Positions 19,695-29,341 of a stretch of 64,000 nucleotides of DNA are shown here, in pieces. Position 1 is the stretch's first letter; each line of letters begins with the position of its first letter. The notes below the pieces were generated by a model that had not been told where the DNA came from, did not search any database, and worked only from the letters and a program-made list of their open reading frames with translations. Position numbers and translations under genes: made by a program. Source of the stretch: Planctomycetota bacterium (lineage in GTDB: Bacteria > Planctomycetota > UBA1135 > UBA2386). The stretch is taken from positions 61,921 to 125,920 of the forward strand of contig CANMWZ010000007.1 in NCBI GenBank assembly GCA_947501605.1, read 5' to 3'.

Positions 19695-20716
19695 ACCTGC
19701 GCATCGTCGTCGCTGTGGCGAAGGTCTCGTTCCGCGAGTTCTGGCGCAGTCCCGAAGCCGTGTTCTGGACCTACGGTTTTCCGCTCTTGATGACCGTGGT
19801 GCTCGGCTTTGCCTTCCAGCCCAAGGAGCCCGAACCGGTGCCCATCGCTGTGGTCGTAGCGCGCGACAGCGACGAACTCGTGACCGCCCTGTCTCGCAGC
19901 GGGCGGCTGAAGGTCGCGGCCATGACCGAACTTGACGCCGACCAAGCGCTCGCCCGCGGCCGCATTGGGGCGCTGGTGCGCGGCACGCCGACGGCGCCGA
20001 TCGTGCGCGCGGATCCCACGCGACCCGATGCGGACCTTGCGCGGTTGTTGATCGATCGGGCTCTGGTGCGCGGCGATGCCAAGGACGTGGCGCATTTCGA
20101 GCCGGAGACGCGGCCTGGCTCGCGCTACGTCGACTTCCTGATCCCTGGTCTCGTCGGCCTCAACCTGCTGGGCGCCGGCATGTGGGGCATGGGCTTTCAG
20201 TTGGTCCAGTTCCGAACGCAGCACTTGCTGCGGCGTCTGTTCGTCACGCCGATGACCCGCAGCGAATTCTTGTCGGGCTTTCTGATCAGTCGCCTGTTGC
20301 TGGCGCTGCCGGAATCGCTGGTGATCGTGTTGTTCGGTGTGTGTCTGTGGGACGTGCCGTTCCGCGGCAGCCTCGTCGCGACCATGCTGCTACTACTGGC
20401 GGCGGCCTTGGCATTCTCGGGGCTTGGCGTCTTGGTCGCGAGTCGCGCCAAGACGATCGAGGGTGTCGCCGGGCTGATGAACCTCTGCATCCTGCCGATG
20501 TGGTTGCTCGGCGGAGCGTTCTTCAGCAACGAGCGCATGACTGGCGTGCTGCGAGTCTGTGCCGATGCGATGCCGCTGTCGTGGTGCAACGGTGCAATGC
20601 GCGACCTGATGCTCGGCGACGCTGGCGTGATGGACATCGCCATGCCGTTGTCGCTGCTGGCGGCGTTCGCGGCGGCTACCTTCGCAGTTGCCTTGCGCGT
20701 GTTTCGCTGGACCTGA
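19691..20716 (+). CDS. ABC-2 type transporter permease
   Basis: Multi-TM protein with YVDFLIPG and LRRL..TP motifs. ATGA overlap with the ATPase gene. Confidence 0.9.
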   Translation: MNLRIVVAVAKVSFREFWRSPEAVFWTYGFPLLMTVVLGFAFQPKEPEPVPIAVVVARDSDELVTALSRSGRLKVAAMTELDADQALARGRIGALVRGTPTAPIVRADPTRPDADLARLLIDRALVRGDAKDVAHFEPETRPGSRYVDFLIPGLVGLNLLGAGMWGMGFQLVQFRTQHLLRRLFVTPMTRSEFLSGFLISRLLLALPESLVIVLFGVCLWDVPFRGSLVATMLLLLAAALAFSGLGVLVASRAKTIEGVAGLMNLCILPMWLLGGAFFSNERMTGVLRVCADAMPLSWCNGAMRDLMLGDAGVMDIAMPLSLLAAFAAATFAVALRVFRWT

Positions 20717-20722
20717 GGAGCG

Positions 20723-21586
20723 TCAGCGCGGCTTCCGTGCGATCACCAAGAAGCTGCTGTCGAAGTTGGCGTGCAGCCGGCCCAGGACCGTCACGAGTGG
20801 GTTCTGCTGCGGCTTCAGCGAGCCGCGCACGCGCAGCACTTCGAAGCCCATCTGCTCCTTCAGGTGGCGCGACAGCAGGTGCGGCGTGAAGAACGTGAGG
20901 TGGTGCTTGGTGTTGAAGTGCCTGCCCTTCTTGCCGCGAAGTCCGAGGCGGTCCGCGAGAGTCTTGAGCCGGTTGCTGAGCGAGCCGAGGTTGGGGGTTC
21001 CGAGGTAGAGCAAGCCGCCCGGTTGCAGCAGCGCCGCACACGTCTGCAGGTACGCGCCTGGGTCCTTTGGATGCTCGATCACCTGATCCAAGAACAGGGC
21101 ATCGAACGGCACGAGCTTGCCCGCCAGTGCGTGGAAGGAGCCGCAGTGAACCGGCACGCCTTCTTGCCGAGCCACGTTCGTGGTCGTCACCGCGTCGACG
21201 TCGTAGCCCTCCGGCTCGAAGCCCGCGGCCTTGGCCAGCCGGATCTCCAGACCGTCACCGCAGCCGACCATCAGGATCCGGCGGCCAGCCCCGAGGGATC
21301 GCAACAGCGCCAGTGCGCGACTCTTGCCCTTCTCGCGGACGTCCTGCCGAGTCCGAAATCGAACCGGCTCGTCGCCGCCCGGGTGGAGGTTGATGTAGCC
21401 GGAGTAGAACGCGGCAAGATGCGCGTCGGTGTACTGCGGGTTCATGAACCACACGCCGCAGCGGCGGCAGCAGTCGATACGGTGCCCGCGGTAGTCGACC
21501 AGAACCTCTCGCAGCTGCGTGCCATGGCACAGGATGCAGGCGGTCCGGGGAGGGTCGTAGGGCGCAGCGGCAGGTGCCGTGGTCAT
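20723..21586 (-). CDS. Class I SAM-dependent methyltransferase with N-terminal Zn-ribbon
   Basis: CILC...CRRC, motif I ILMVGCGDG, VIEH..DP, LQPGG.L.LGTPN. Confidence 0.85.
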   Translation of the reverse strand: MTTAPAAAPYDPPRTACILCHGTQLREVLVDYRGHRIDCCRRCGVWFMNPQYTDAHLAAFYSGYINLHPGGDEPVRFRTRQDVREKGKSRALALLRSLGAGRRILMVGCGDGLEIRLAKAAGFEPEGYDVDAVTTTNVARQEGVPVHCGSFHALAGKLVPFDALFLDQVIEHPKDPGAYLQTCAALLQPGGLLYLGTPNLGSLSNRLKTLADRLGLRGKKGRHFNTKHHLTFFTPHLLSRHLKEQMGFEVLRVRGSLKPQQNPLVTVLGRLHANFDSSFLVIARKPR

Positions 21587-21882
21587 CTCGGGCGCAGCGT
21601 ATGAGGGGGCCGCGCTGGCGTCCAAATCCACCTGGAAGGCGGCGACCAGAGCCCCGCCCCTTGTGGCCCACGGATGGCGTCCCTACCATCCTCCGCTCCC
21701 GCGGGTACTTGCCGCGACAGGATGATGCCGATGCCAAGGCCTCGAGTTCGAGACCGCCGGCTGTCGATCCTCTCGCCATGGTTCCCCCCGGCTGTGAGCC
21801 GGCGCGACACTCGGTTGCGTCGCCTTGGTCGGAACCCTGAACCGGGGCTGCCTGCGCGGCCCCGATCGATACCAAACCCTAC

Positions 21883-23100
21883 GTGACGTTTGCATCCCTC
21901 GGGCTCAGTGAGCCCATCCTTCGCGGCGTGCGCGCCGTCGGCTACGAGACGCCGACCGACATCCAAGCCAGCGCCATCCCCAAGATCCTTGCGGGCCAGG
22001 ACCTCATCGGCCTCGGCCAGACGGGCAGCGGCAAGACGGCTGCCTTTGGTCTGCCCATGCTGGAGAAGCTTGTTGGTGGCACACCCGGCCTGCGTGGCCT
22101 GATCGTGGTGCCGACCCGTGAGCTGTGCGTGCAGGTGGCTGAGAACCTCCGCCAGTATGCGGCCTTCACCGGGCTTCATGTGTGCACGGCCTTCGGCGGC
22201 GTCGACATGTCGATCCAGGAGAGTGCCTTCAAGCGCGGCATCGACATCGTGGTCGCTTGCCCAGGTCGACTCATCGATCACCTCGAACGTCGCAACCTGA
22301 CGCTCGAGAAGGTGCAGATCGTCGTCCTCGACGAATCGGACCGCATGCTCGACATGGGGTTCATGCCGCAGATCCGGCGCATCTTCATTCGCCTTCCGCA
22401 AGAACGGCAGAATCTCTTGTTCTCGGCGACGATGCCGAAGGAAGTCGAGGGCCTCGTGCACGACTTCCTGCCGCACGCGGAGCGCGTTCAGATCGGCACG
22501 AGGTCGCAGTCGGCCAAGACCATCCAGCACCGGTTTGCGGCGGTCAACGTGACCGAGAAGCCGCGGATACTCGAGCGCCTGCTCGAGAACGAATCCGGCA
22601 AGGTGCTGGTCTTCGTCAACAAGAAGATCGGTTGCGAGCGACTTGGCAACACGCTGAAGCGCGACGGCATGCCGGCGGATGCCATTCACGGCGACAAGGG
22701 CGCGGAGCAGCGACACGTCGTGCTGCAGGCGTTCACGCGTGGCAAGGTCCGCTTCCTGGTCGCGACGGACGTGGCGGCGCGCGGCATCGACGTCGACGAC
22801 ATCGATCTGGTCGTCAACTACGATTTCCCGCTCGGACTCGAAGACTACATCCACCGCACTGGCCGTACCGGTCGCGCTGGACGATCGGGCCGCGCCGTGT
22901 CGCTGGTCGCGCCGAGCGAGAAGCGGCTGTTTCTGGCGGTGCATCGCCATCTCAAGGGTGAGGCCCCGGTGGACGACGGCGGCGGCGAATCGCGCGGCGG
23001 TCGAGGCTATCGCGGTGGTGGCGGGGGAGGCAGTGGGCGCAGCAGCGGCGGCCGCGGCCGACCGGGTGGGCGTTCGTCATCCAGGCACGCTACGAGCTGA
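21883..23100 (+). CDS. DEAD-box-family RNA helicase (DESD variant)
   Basis: Q motif GYETPTDIQ, QTGSGKT, PTREL, DESD, SAT, ARGID, HRTGRTGR, and a Gly/Arg-rich tail. Confidence 0.95.
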   Translation: MTFASLGLSEPILRGVRAVGYETPTDIQASAIPKILAGQDLIGLGQTGSGKTAAFGLPMLEKLVGGTPGLRGLIVVPTRELCVQVAENLRQYAAFTGLHVCTAFGGVDMSIQESAFKRGIDIVVACPGRLIDHLERRNLTLEKVQIVVLDESDRMLDMGFMPQIRRIFIRLPQERQNLLFSATMPKEVEGLVHDFLPHAERVQIGTRSQSAKTIQHRFAAVNVTEKPRILERLLENESGKVLVFVNKKIGCERLGNTLKRDGMPADAIHGDKGAEQRHVVLQAFTRGKVRFLVATDVAARGIDVDDIDLVVNYDFPLGLEDYIHRTGRTGRAGRSGRAVSLVAPSEKRLFLAVHRHLKGEAPVDDGGGESRGGRGYRGGGGGGSGRSSGGRGRPGGRSSSRHATS

Positions 23101-23293
23101 GTGATGGCTTCGACCGCAAGCGCGCCCGCGTCGCCCGTTTCGTCGTGGGCGCTCTACGCCTACGTCGTCGCCACGCTCCCGGCGCTGGCAGCCCTGCGGC
23201 GCGCCGCTGGCTGACGCTTGGTCGGACCCGATTGCGGTTCGATCCGGGCGTCGCTCGACCCGTTCCTGGCTCGCCGCTATCGTGCTCGCCCCC

Positions 23294-23815
23294 ATGAGTG
23301 AGCCCAACAAGGTGCTCGCGACGTTCCACGTCAACAGCGAGCCGCACGAGTGCGCGTTCGCGCCGCACAAGACCCTGCTCGAAGTGCTGCGCGAGGACCT
23401 CGATCTGTGCGGCACCAAGCACGGTTGTGAACTCGGCGAGTGTGGCGCGTGCACGGTGCAGATCGATGGCACGCCCGTCCTGAGTTGCCTGTACCTCGGG
23501 CTCGATGCCGTGGGCAAGCAGATCCGCACCGTCGAAGGGCTGGCCAACGGCCCGACGCTGCACCCGTTGCAGGATGCGTTTGCCGATCTGGGTGCGGCGC
23601 AGTGTGGCTACTGCACTCCGGGCATCCTGATGGCGGCAGAGTCGCTGTTGCAGGCGAACCCGAGCCCGTCGCGCGACGAGATCAAGCAGGGCCTCGCGGG
23701 CAACCTGTGCCGCTGCACTGGTTACCTGAAGATCTTCGAGGCCGTGGAGCTGGCCGCTGCACGCATGCGCGGCGAGGACGCCGAACCCAGCAAGGAGTCG
23801 ATCTATGGGTCTTGA
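23294..23815 (+). CDS. [2Fe-2S] small subunit of xanthine-dehydrogenase-family molybdoenzyme (HcrC/CoxS-like)
   Basis: GCELGECGAC...SC and QCGYCTPG...NLCRCTGY motifs. Confidence 0.93.
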   Translation: MSEPNKVLATFHVNSEPHECAFAPHKTLLEVLREDLDLCGTKHGCELGECGACTVQIDGTPVLSCLYLGLDAVGKQIRTVEGLANGPTLHPLQDAFADLGAAQCGYCTPGILMAAESLLQANPSPSRDEIKQGLAGNLCRCTGYLKIFEAVELAAARMRGEDAEPSKESIYGS

Positions 23816-26345
23816 CGAATCGAAGTCGATCCCCGGCGTCGCGCGTCCGGATGCACCGTGGCGTCACGACGCCAAGAAGAGCGAGCTCAACGTCATCGGC
23901 AAGGCGATTCGCAAGATCGATGCGCGCAGCAAGGTGAGCGGCCTCACCAAGTTCGCCGACGATCTGACGCTGCCACGCATGCTGCACATGAAGCTGCTGC
24001 GCAGCACGGTGGCGCATGCGCTCATCAAGAGCATCGATGTGCACAAGGCGCGGGCGATGTCCGGCGTGAAGGGCGTGTTGACCGGTCAGGACATGCCGAT
24101 TCCATTCGGCATCCTGCCAGTGAGCCAGGACGAGCACGCACTGTGCCTCGACAAGGTGCGCTTCGTCGGCGACCCCATCGTCGCGGTCGCGGCCTTGACC
24201 GAGGAGCAGGCCTGGGATGCGTGTCGCCTCATCGAGGTCGAGTACGAGTTGCTGCAGACCATCGGTTCGGTGCACGAAGCGGCCGCGACCAGCGACCCGC
24301 GACTCCATGACTACGGCGTGCGCGGCAACATCCATCGCCTCGAAAACCTCGAGTTCGGTGACTTGCAGGACGGATTTGCGCGCGCCGAACATGTGCGCGA
24401 GGACACCTTCTTCTTCGAGGGCAACACCCACCTGCCGATGGAGCAGCACGCGACGCTGGCGCACTTCGACAAGGACGGGAAGCTGACCATCTGGTCCTCG
24501 ACGCAGACGCCGCACTACTTGCACCGCGCGCTCGCGCGCGTGTTGCATCCGCTGCCGGCGCATCACATTCGCGTCATCGCGTGTCCGAACGGCGGCGGCT
24601 TTGGCGGCAAGAGCGACCCGTTCAACCACGAGATCGCTGCCGCCAAGATGTCGATGCTGACTGGGCGCCCGATCAAGATCGCGCTGACTCGCGAAGAGGT
24701 GTTCTTCTGTCATCGCGGCCGCCATCCGGTGTTGATGCGCAGCAAGATGGGCGTCACCAAGACGGGGCGGATCACGGCCCTCGACTTCCAGGCATACCTC
24801 GACGGCGGTGCCTACGGCAGCTACGGCACCGCGAGCACCTTCTACACCGGTGCGCTGCAGACGGTGACCTACCCGGTCGAGAACTACCATTTCCGCGGCG
24901 CTCGCTTCTTCACCTGCAAGGCGCCGTGCGGGCCAAAGCGCGGTCATGGCACCGTGCAACCGCGCTTTGCCATCGAGGTGCAACTCGACAAGATCGCCTG
25001 CGACCTCGGCCTCGATCCCGCTGAGTTGCGGCTGCAGAATCTCGCACCGCGCGATTCGTTGACCGCGAACTTCTTGAAGATCGGGTCGATGGGACTCGGC
25101 GAGTGCATCCAGAAGGTGATCGATGGCTCGGGCTGGAAGCAGCGCCGCGGCCAGCGCGAGATCACCGCGGACGGGCGCATTCGCGGTCTTGGTCTCGCGT
25201 GCAGTAGCTACCTCTCGGGCGCCGGTCTGCCGATCTACTGGAACGGACTGCCGCACTCCGGCGTGCAGCTCAAGCTCGATCGCTCGGGCCTCGTCACCGT
25301 CTTCTGCGGCAGCACGGACATCGGTCAAGGCAGCGACTCGGTGCTGACCTGGATCGTCGGCGAAGTGCTCGGCGTCGATCCGCTCGGCATCCGCGTGGTG
25401 ACCTCGGACACCGATCTGACGCCCGTCGATCTCGGTAGCTATAGCTCGCGCGTGACGGTGATGACCGGCAACGCGGCGATGCAGGCGGCGGAGCGCGCGC
25501 GAGAGATCATCGCCCGCGGCGTCGCCGAGCATCTCTTGGTGCCGTCGAGCCGCCTGGTCTTCGCCGACGCCCGCGTATTCGACAGCGAGGATCCGCAGAA
25601 GGGCATGTCGTTCATGGACGCAGTGATCGCGGCCGAGGCGCGCTTTGGCACCATTGGTACCGTCGGCAGCTACACGCCACCGAAATCGCCGGCCAAGTTC
25701 CGCGGCGGCGGCGTCGGTCCCTCTCCGAGCTACAGCTACTCCGCGGCCGTCGTGGAGGTCGAGGTCGACCCACTGACCGGCATCTACCGGGTGCCCAAGG
25801 TGTGGATGGCACACGACATTGGCCGCGCGCTGAACGCCGCAGTCGCAATGGGGCAGATCGAGGGTTCGGTCTACATGGGCCTCGGCGAGGCGATGATGGA
25901 GGAGATGGCCTACCGCGATCGCAGCCACAAAGGCCATCGCGTGTTCGTGCACAAGATCCCTTCGCTGCTCGAGTACAAGAGCCCGAGCACGATGGAGATG
26001 CCCGACGTCGTCACCTACGTCGTCGAGGACCCGGACAAGAACGGTCCGTTCGGCGCCAAGGAAGTCGGGCAAGGCCCGTTGCTGCCGATGATGCCCGCGA
26101 TCGCCAATGCCGTGTTCGACGCCGTTGGCGTGCGCGTCGACGAGAACCCGATCTCCTTCGAGAAGGTGTTTGCTGCATTGCAGAGCAAGAAGGAAGGCAA
26201 GGACGCGCGTTTTGGACCGTCGGCCGGAGCTGACGGCGTGCCCCAAGTGGACTTCGGCGACTCCTTGAAGATCAAGACGCCGTGGCAGGGTGGTGACGGC
26301 ACTGCCTGGAACGAGCCCAAGCGCGAGAAGAAGGCCGCCAAGTAG
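23805..26345 (+). CDS. Molybdopterin-binding large subunit, 4-hydroxybenzoyl-CoA reductase alpha (HcrA)-like
   Basis: GGGFGGK, RGHG, DIGQGS, SYSSR, GQIEG and GAKEVGQG motifs of the XDH family. Confidence 0.88.
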   Translation: MGLDESKSIPGVARPDAPWRHDAKKSELNVIGKAIRKIDARSKVSGLTKFADDLTLPRMLHMKLLRSTVAHALIKSIDVHKARAMSGVKGVLTGQDMPIPFGILPVSQDEHALCLDKVRFVGDPIVAVAALTEEQAWDACRLIEVEYELLQTIGSVHEAAATSDPRLHDYGVRGNIHRLENLEFGDLQDGFARAEHVREDTFFFEGNTHLPMEQHATLAHFDKDGKLTIWSSTQTPHYLHRALARVLHPLPAHHIRVIACPNGGGFGGKSDPFNHEIAAAKMSMLTGRPIKIALTREEVFFCHRGRHPVLMRSKMGVTKTGRITALDFQAYLDGGAYGSYGTASTFYTGALQTVTYPVENYHFRGARFFTCKAPCGPKRGHGTVQPRFAIEVQLDKIACDLGLDPAELRLQNLAPRDSLTANFLKIGSMGLGECIQKVIDGSGWKQRRGQREITADGRIRGLGLACSSYLSGAGLPIYWNGLPHSGVQLKLDRSGLVTVFCGSTDIGQGSDSVLTWIVGEVLGVDPLGIRVVTSDTDLTPVDLGSYSSRVTVMTGNAAMQAAERAREIIARGVAEHLLVPSSRLVFADARVFDSEDPQKGMSFMDAVIAAEARFGTIGTVGSYTPPKSPAKFRGGGVGPSPSYSYSAAVVEVEVDPLTGIYRVPKVWMAHDIGRALNAAVAMGQIEGSVYMGLGEAMMEEMAYRDRSHKGHRVFVHKIPSLLEYKSPSTMEMPDVVTYVVEDPDKNGPFGAKEVGQGPLLPMMPAIANAVFDAVGVRVDENPISFEKVFAALQSKKEGKDARFGPSAGADGVPQVDFGDSLKIKTPWQGGDGTAWNEPKREKKAAK

Positions 26346-26358
26346 GAGGACGACAGCG

Positions 26359-27342
26359 ATGCTGCGACTACCGACGTTCACCTACTACCGCCCCAAGACC
26401 GCTGCCGAGGCCGTTCGCCAGAAGTTGGCGCACGGCAAGGACGCGATGTATGTCGCTGGTGGTACGGATCTCTATCCCAACATGAAGCGGCGCCACCAGA
26501 CGCCGCTGCATGTGATCTCGTTGCAGGATGTGCCGGGCCTCAACACCGTCGAGGTGCAACAGGACGGCTCGGTGGCGATTGGTGCGATGTGTCGCCTGTC
26601 AGCCCTCGAGGTGCACCCGCACTTGCTGTTGAACTTCGGGGCGTTTGCGCACGCAGTGAAGGAGATCTCGACGCCGCTGTTGCGCAACATGGGCACGATC
26701 GGCGGCAACCTGCTGCTCGACACGCGCTGCACCTACTACGACCAGAGCCACGAGTGGCGCGAGTCGATCGACTTCTGCATGAAGTCAAAAGCTGGCTCGA
26801 TCTGCTGGGTTGCTCCGGGTTCGCCGCGATGCTGGGCGGTGCAGAGCAGCGACACCGTGCCGGTGGTCTGCGCGATGGAAGCGCAGGTAGAACTCGTCGG
26901 CCCGGACGGAACCCGCCGCATCCCCGCGAGCGAGCTGTATCGCGACGACGGCATCCAGTACCTGACAAAGCGGCCCGAGGAACTGTTGACGCGCCTCTGG
27001 CTCGGTGCACCTTCCAACTGGAAGGCGAGCTACGTGAAGTTGCGCCGCCGCGACACGTTTGACTTCCCCGTGCTCGGCGTTGGCGCGTGTGTGTGGACTG
27101 ACAGCTACGGCGTAGTCACGAAGGCCAACATCCGCCTCGGCGGCGCTGGTTCCTACGCGATCCCGGCGACCGAGTCGGAGAAGGTGCTGGTCGGCCAGCA
27201 ACTCACCGACGCGGTCATCGCTGCAGCTGGCGAGAAGGCGATGAAGCCAGCGCGGACGATGGACAACACCGATCTGGATGTCTACTGGCGACGAAAGGTG
27301 GCGCCGGTGTTCGTTGCCCGCGCGCTGGCTGCCTGCAAGTGA
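26359..27342 (+). CDS. FAD-binding subunit with [4Fe-4S] insertion, HcrB-like
   Basis: AGGAGG RBS; AGGTDL and RNMGTIGGN motifs; four-Cys insert DTRC..FCMK..ICWV..RCWA. Confidence 0.88.
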   Translation: MLRLPTFTYYRPKTAAEAVRQKLAHGKDAMYVAGGTDLYPNMKRRHQTPLHVISLQDVPGLNTVEVQQDGSVAIGAMCRLSALEVHPHLLLNFGAFAHAVKEISTPLLRNMGTIGGNLLLDTRCTYYDQSHEWRESIDFCMKSKAGSICWVAPGSPRCWAVQSSDTVPVVCAMEAQVELVGPDGTRRIPASELYRDDGIQYLTKRPEELLTRLWLGAPSNWKASYVKLRRRDTFDFPVLGVGACVWTDSYGVVTKANIRLGGAGSYAIPATESEKVLVGQQLTDAVIAAAGEKAMKPARTMDNTDLDVYWRRKVAPVFVARALAACK

Positions 27343-27385
27343 GGTAGCGGCGGCAGCGGCGGGGCGACCGCGGCCGCTCGACGAC

Positions 27386-29092
27386 TCACAGGTAGGTGTA
27401 GGTCGTGGTCGTCTGGCAGCCACCGACGGTCGTGATCACTACGGTCGCGACGCCGGGCGTGCCTGCCGGCGTGCGCACGAGGACCGCGGTCGCACTGACC
27501 GATTGCACGGCGGCCGCGACGCCGCCGATGGTCACCGTCGTACCGGCGGAGAAGCCGGTGCCGTTCATGATGAAGAACTGGCCGCCTGCAGCCACGCCGC
27601 TTCCGAGCGAGGTCGAGGTGACCACCGGGTTCGCATTGATCGGGCCCGTTGCCGTCTGGCCGTCGAGGTTCTGCACCGTCAGTTGCGAGCCGCACGGTAG
27701 ACCCGCGGGATAACTGAAGGTCACCTGCGTCGCAGTCCGCGTGAGCACGGACGCCGGCGTGCCCGCGACCACGAGCGTGAGCCCGTTCTGAAAGCCCGTG
27801 CCGGTGATCGTGATCGTCTGCCCCGGCAGCGCGCTCAGCGGCGCGACGGTCGTGATCGTTGGTGCTGGCGAGTTGCGGAACTGTAGGTCGATGGCGTTGG
27901 TGACGCCGAGAGTCAGGGGGCTCGAACTCGTCGCGATCACGCCTTGCAACGTGATGTCGAGGACGAACGGAACCGCGCCGGCTGGCAGCTGGATCGAGTA
28001 GGGGGCCGGGCCCGCGGGCAACAGCGTTCCCGGGTTGGTGAAGGCGTCGGCCAGCAGCAACGTGCCGATGCCGAAGGGCGCGACTTCGAGGCACATCCGG
28101 CCAAATGGCGATAGCGCCGCAGGGCTTTGCGGGTTCGGGAACAGGCCACCGAGCAGGACCCATGGCGCGCCCGCGCCGTGCGCCGTGGGCGAGGCCATGT
28201 CGAGCGAGAACGGCTGGTAGGTCGGCAGGGTCACGGTCCGCAGCGGGCCGCCAGTCGAGCCGTTAACGCGCAGTACGTCCTCGCCGATCGTACCGGCATA
28301 GCACGGGTCGCGCAGCGGCGTGCTGTTCCAGTTCCAGGTCAGAATCTCGACCAGTTCGGTGAGCGTGCCGGCACCCGTGGTGGCGCAGAAGCCGAGGAAG
28401 GCCGTGCCCGCGGCCAGAGTCGGCGCTGGGGCCGCCACGCCGTTTGCATACAGGCCGCCCGTGAGCAGGCTGTAGGCGCGAGTCACCGTGGGCGTCGCCG
28501 CGCCGTCCACATAGACCTCGATCGTGCCGGGCACGTAGCGAACGCGCAGCGAGTGCACTTGCGCGTTGCTCAGCACCGCGGCGGGCGTGGCGCGGGCGAT
28601 GGAGTACTGCTCGTTCTCGTGGTTGCCCTGCGCACCGCGCGTGTGAATCGTCAGTTCGTTGGCGCTGGTGTCGCCAAGGAAGGCGTCCAGGTACGTATCG
28701 AGCTCGATTGCGATCGAGTTGCGGATGCCGACTGCGGTGTTCGCGCCAGTGCCGTAGCCCATGCCCCAGACCGTGCCGCCCGTGGTGGCGATTCCGTTCG
28801 GGTCGTCATGGATCACCAGGGCCATGCCTTCGGCCTTCGTGCCGACCGCGGGCGGGGTAATGCGGAACGTGAACGTGGTGTCGAAGCCGGCGACGACGGG
28901 CATCGCGGTGCGGTGCCACGCCCAGCCAGTCTGGTTGCTGGCATTGGCGGTGAGTCGCAGGGCTGCCCCGCTCTGTGCGGCGTTGCCGAGCAGGTTGAGA
29001 GTCGCGACGTTGGTGAAGTCGGCGTAGCTGAACGACTGTGCGGGAATGGCGGCGGCGAGTAGCGACGCGAAGGCAAATCGGAGGAGCATCAT
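27386..29092 (-). CDS. Secreted L-type (legume) lectin domain protein with IPT/TIG domains
   Basis: Signal peptide ...IPAQ. Lectin motifs FSY.DF, LRLT, FDTTFTF and SIAIELDT..D. C-terminal P.IT.V.P...G..ITITGTGF repeats. Confidence 0.82.
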   Translation of the reverse strand: MMLLRFAFASLLAAAIPAQSFSYADFTNVATLNLLGNAAQSGAALRLTANASNQTGWAWHRTAMPVVAGFDTTFTFRITPPAVGTKAEGMALVIHDDPNGIATTGGTVWGMGYGTGANTAVGIRNSIAIELDTYLDAFLGDTSANELTIHTRGAQGNHENEQYSIARATPAAVLSNAQVHSLRVRYVPGTIEVYVDGAATPTVTRAYSLLTGGLYANGVAAPAPTLAAGTAFLGFCATTGAGTLTELVEILTWNWNSTPLRDPCYAGTIGEDVLRVNGSTGGPLRTVTLPTYQPFSLDMASPTAHGAGAPWVLLGGLFPNPQSPAALSPFGRMCLEVAPFGIGTLLLADAFTNPGTLLPAGPAPYSIQLPAGAVPFVLDITLQGVIATSSSPLTLGVTNAIDLQFRNSPAPTITTVAPLSALPGQTITITGTGFQNGLTLVVAGTPASVLTRTATQVTFSYPAGLPCGSQLTVQNLDGQTATGPINANPVVTSTSLGSGVAAGGQFFIMNGTGFSAGTTVTIGGVAAAVQSVSATAVLVRTPAGTPGVATVVITTVGGCQTTTTYTYL

Positions 29093-29341
29093 CAAAGCTG
29101 GATGAAGGGTGCGGTCAGGGGGGTGGCAGATGGTAGCGAACGGCTCCGGGCTGAGGGATCGCGAACCGGCCTCGAACTGATCGCGAACAGCCGGACAACC
29201 TGTGGCGAGTCCGAGCGATGTTCCGCTTGGCCGGAACGCTCCGTCTGCACAGTGGATTCGCCGAACGCGGCGGGAATGTGCAGGCACTACGTTTCCGAGC
29301 CCCCCGCGTCGGAATAGTCCGGCGCCAGCGCCGAACCCGAC

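Noticed and set aside
23805..26345. Aerobic CO dehydrogenase (coxL)
   Set aside because: Lacks the AYxCSFR / AYRGAGR active-site loop and has PKRGHG instead.
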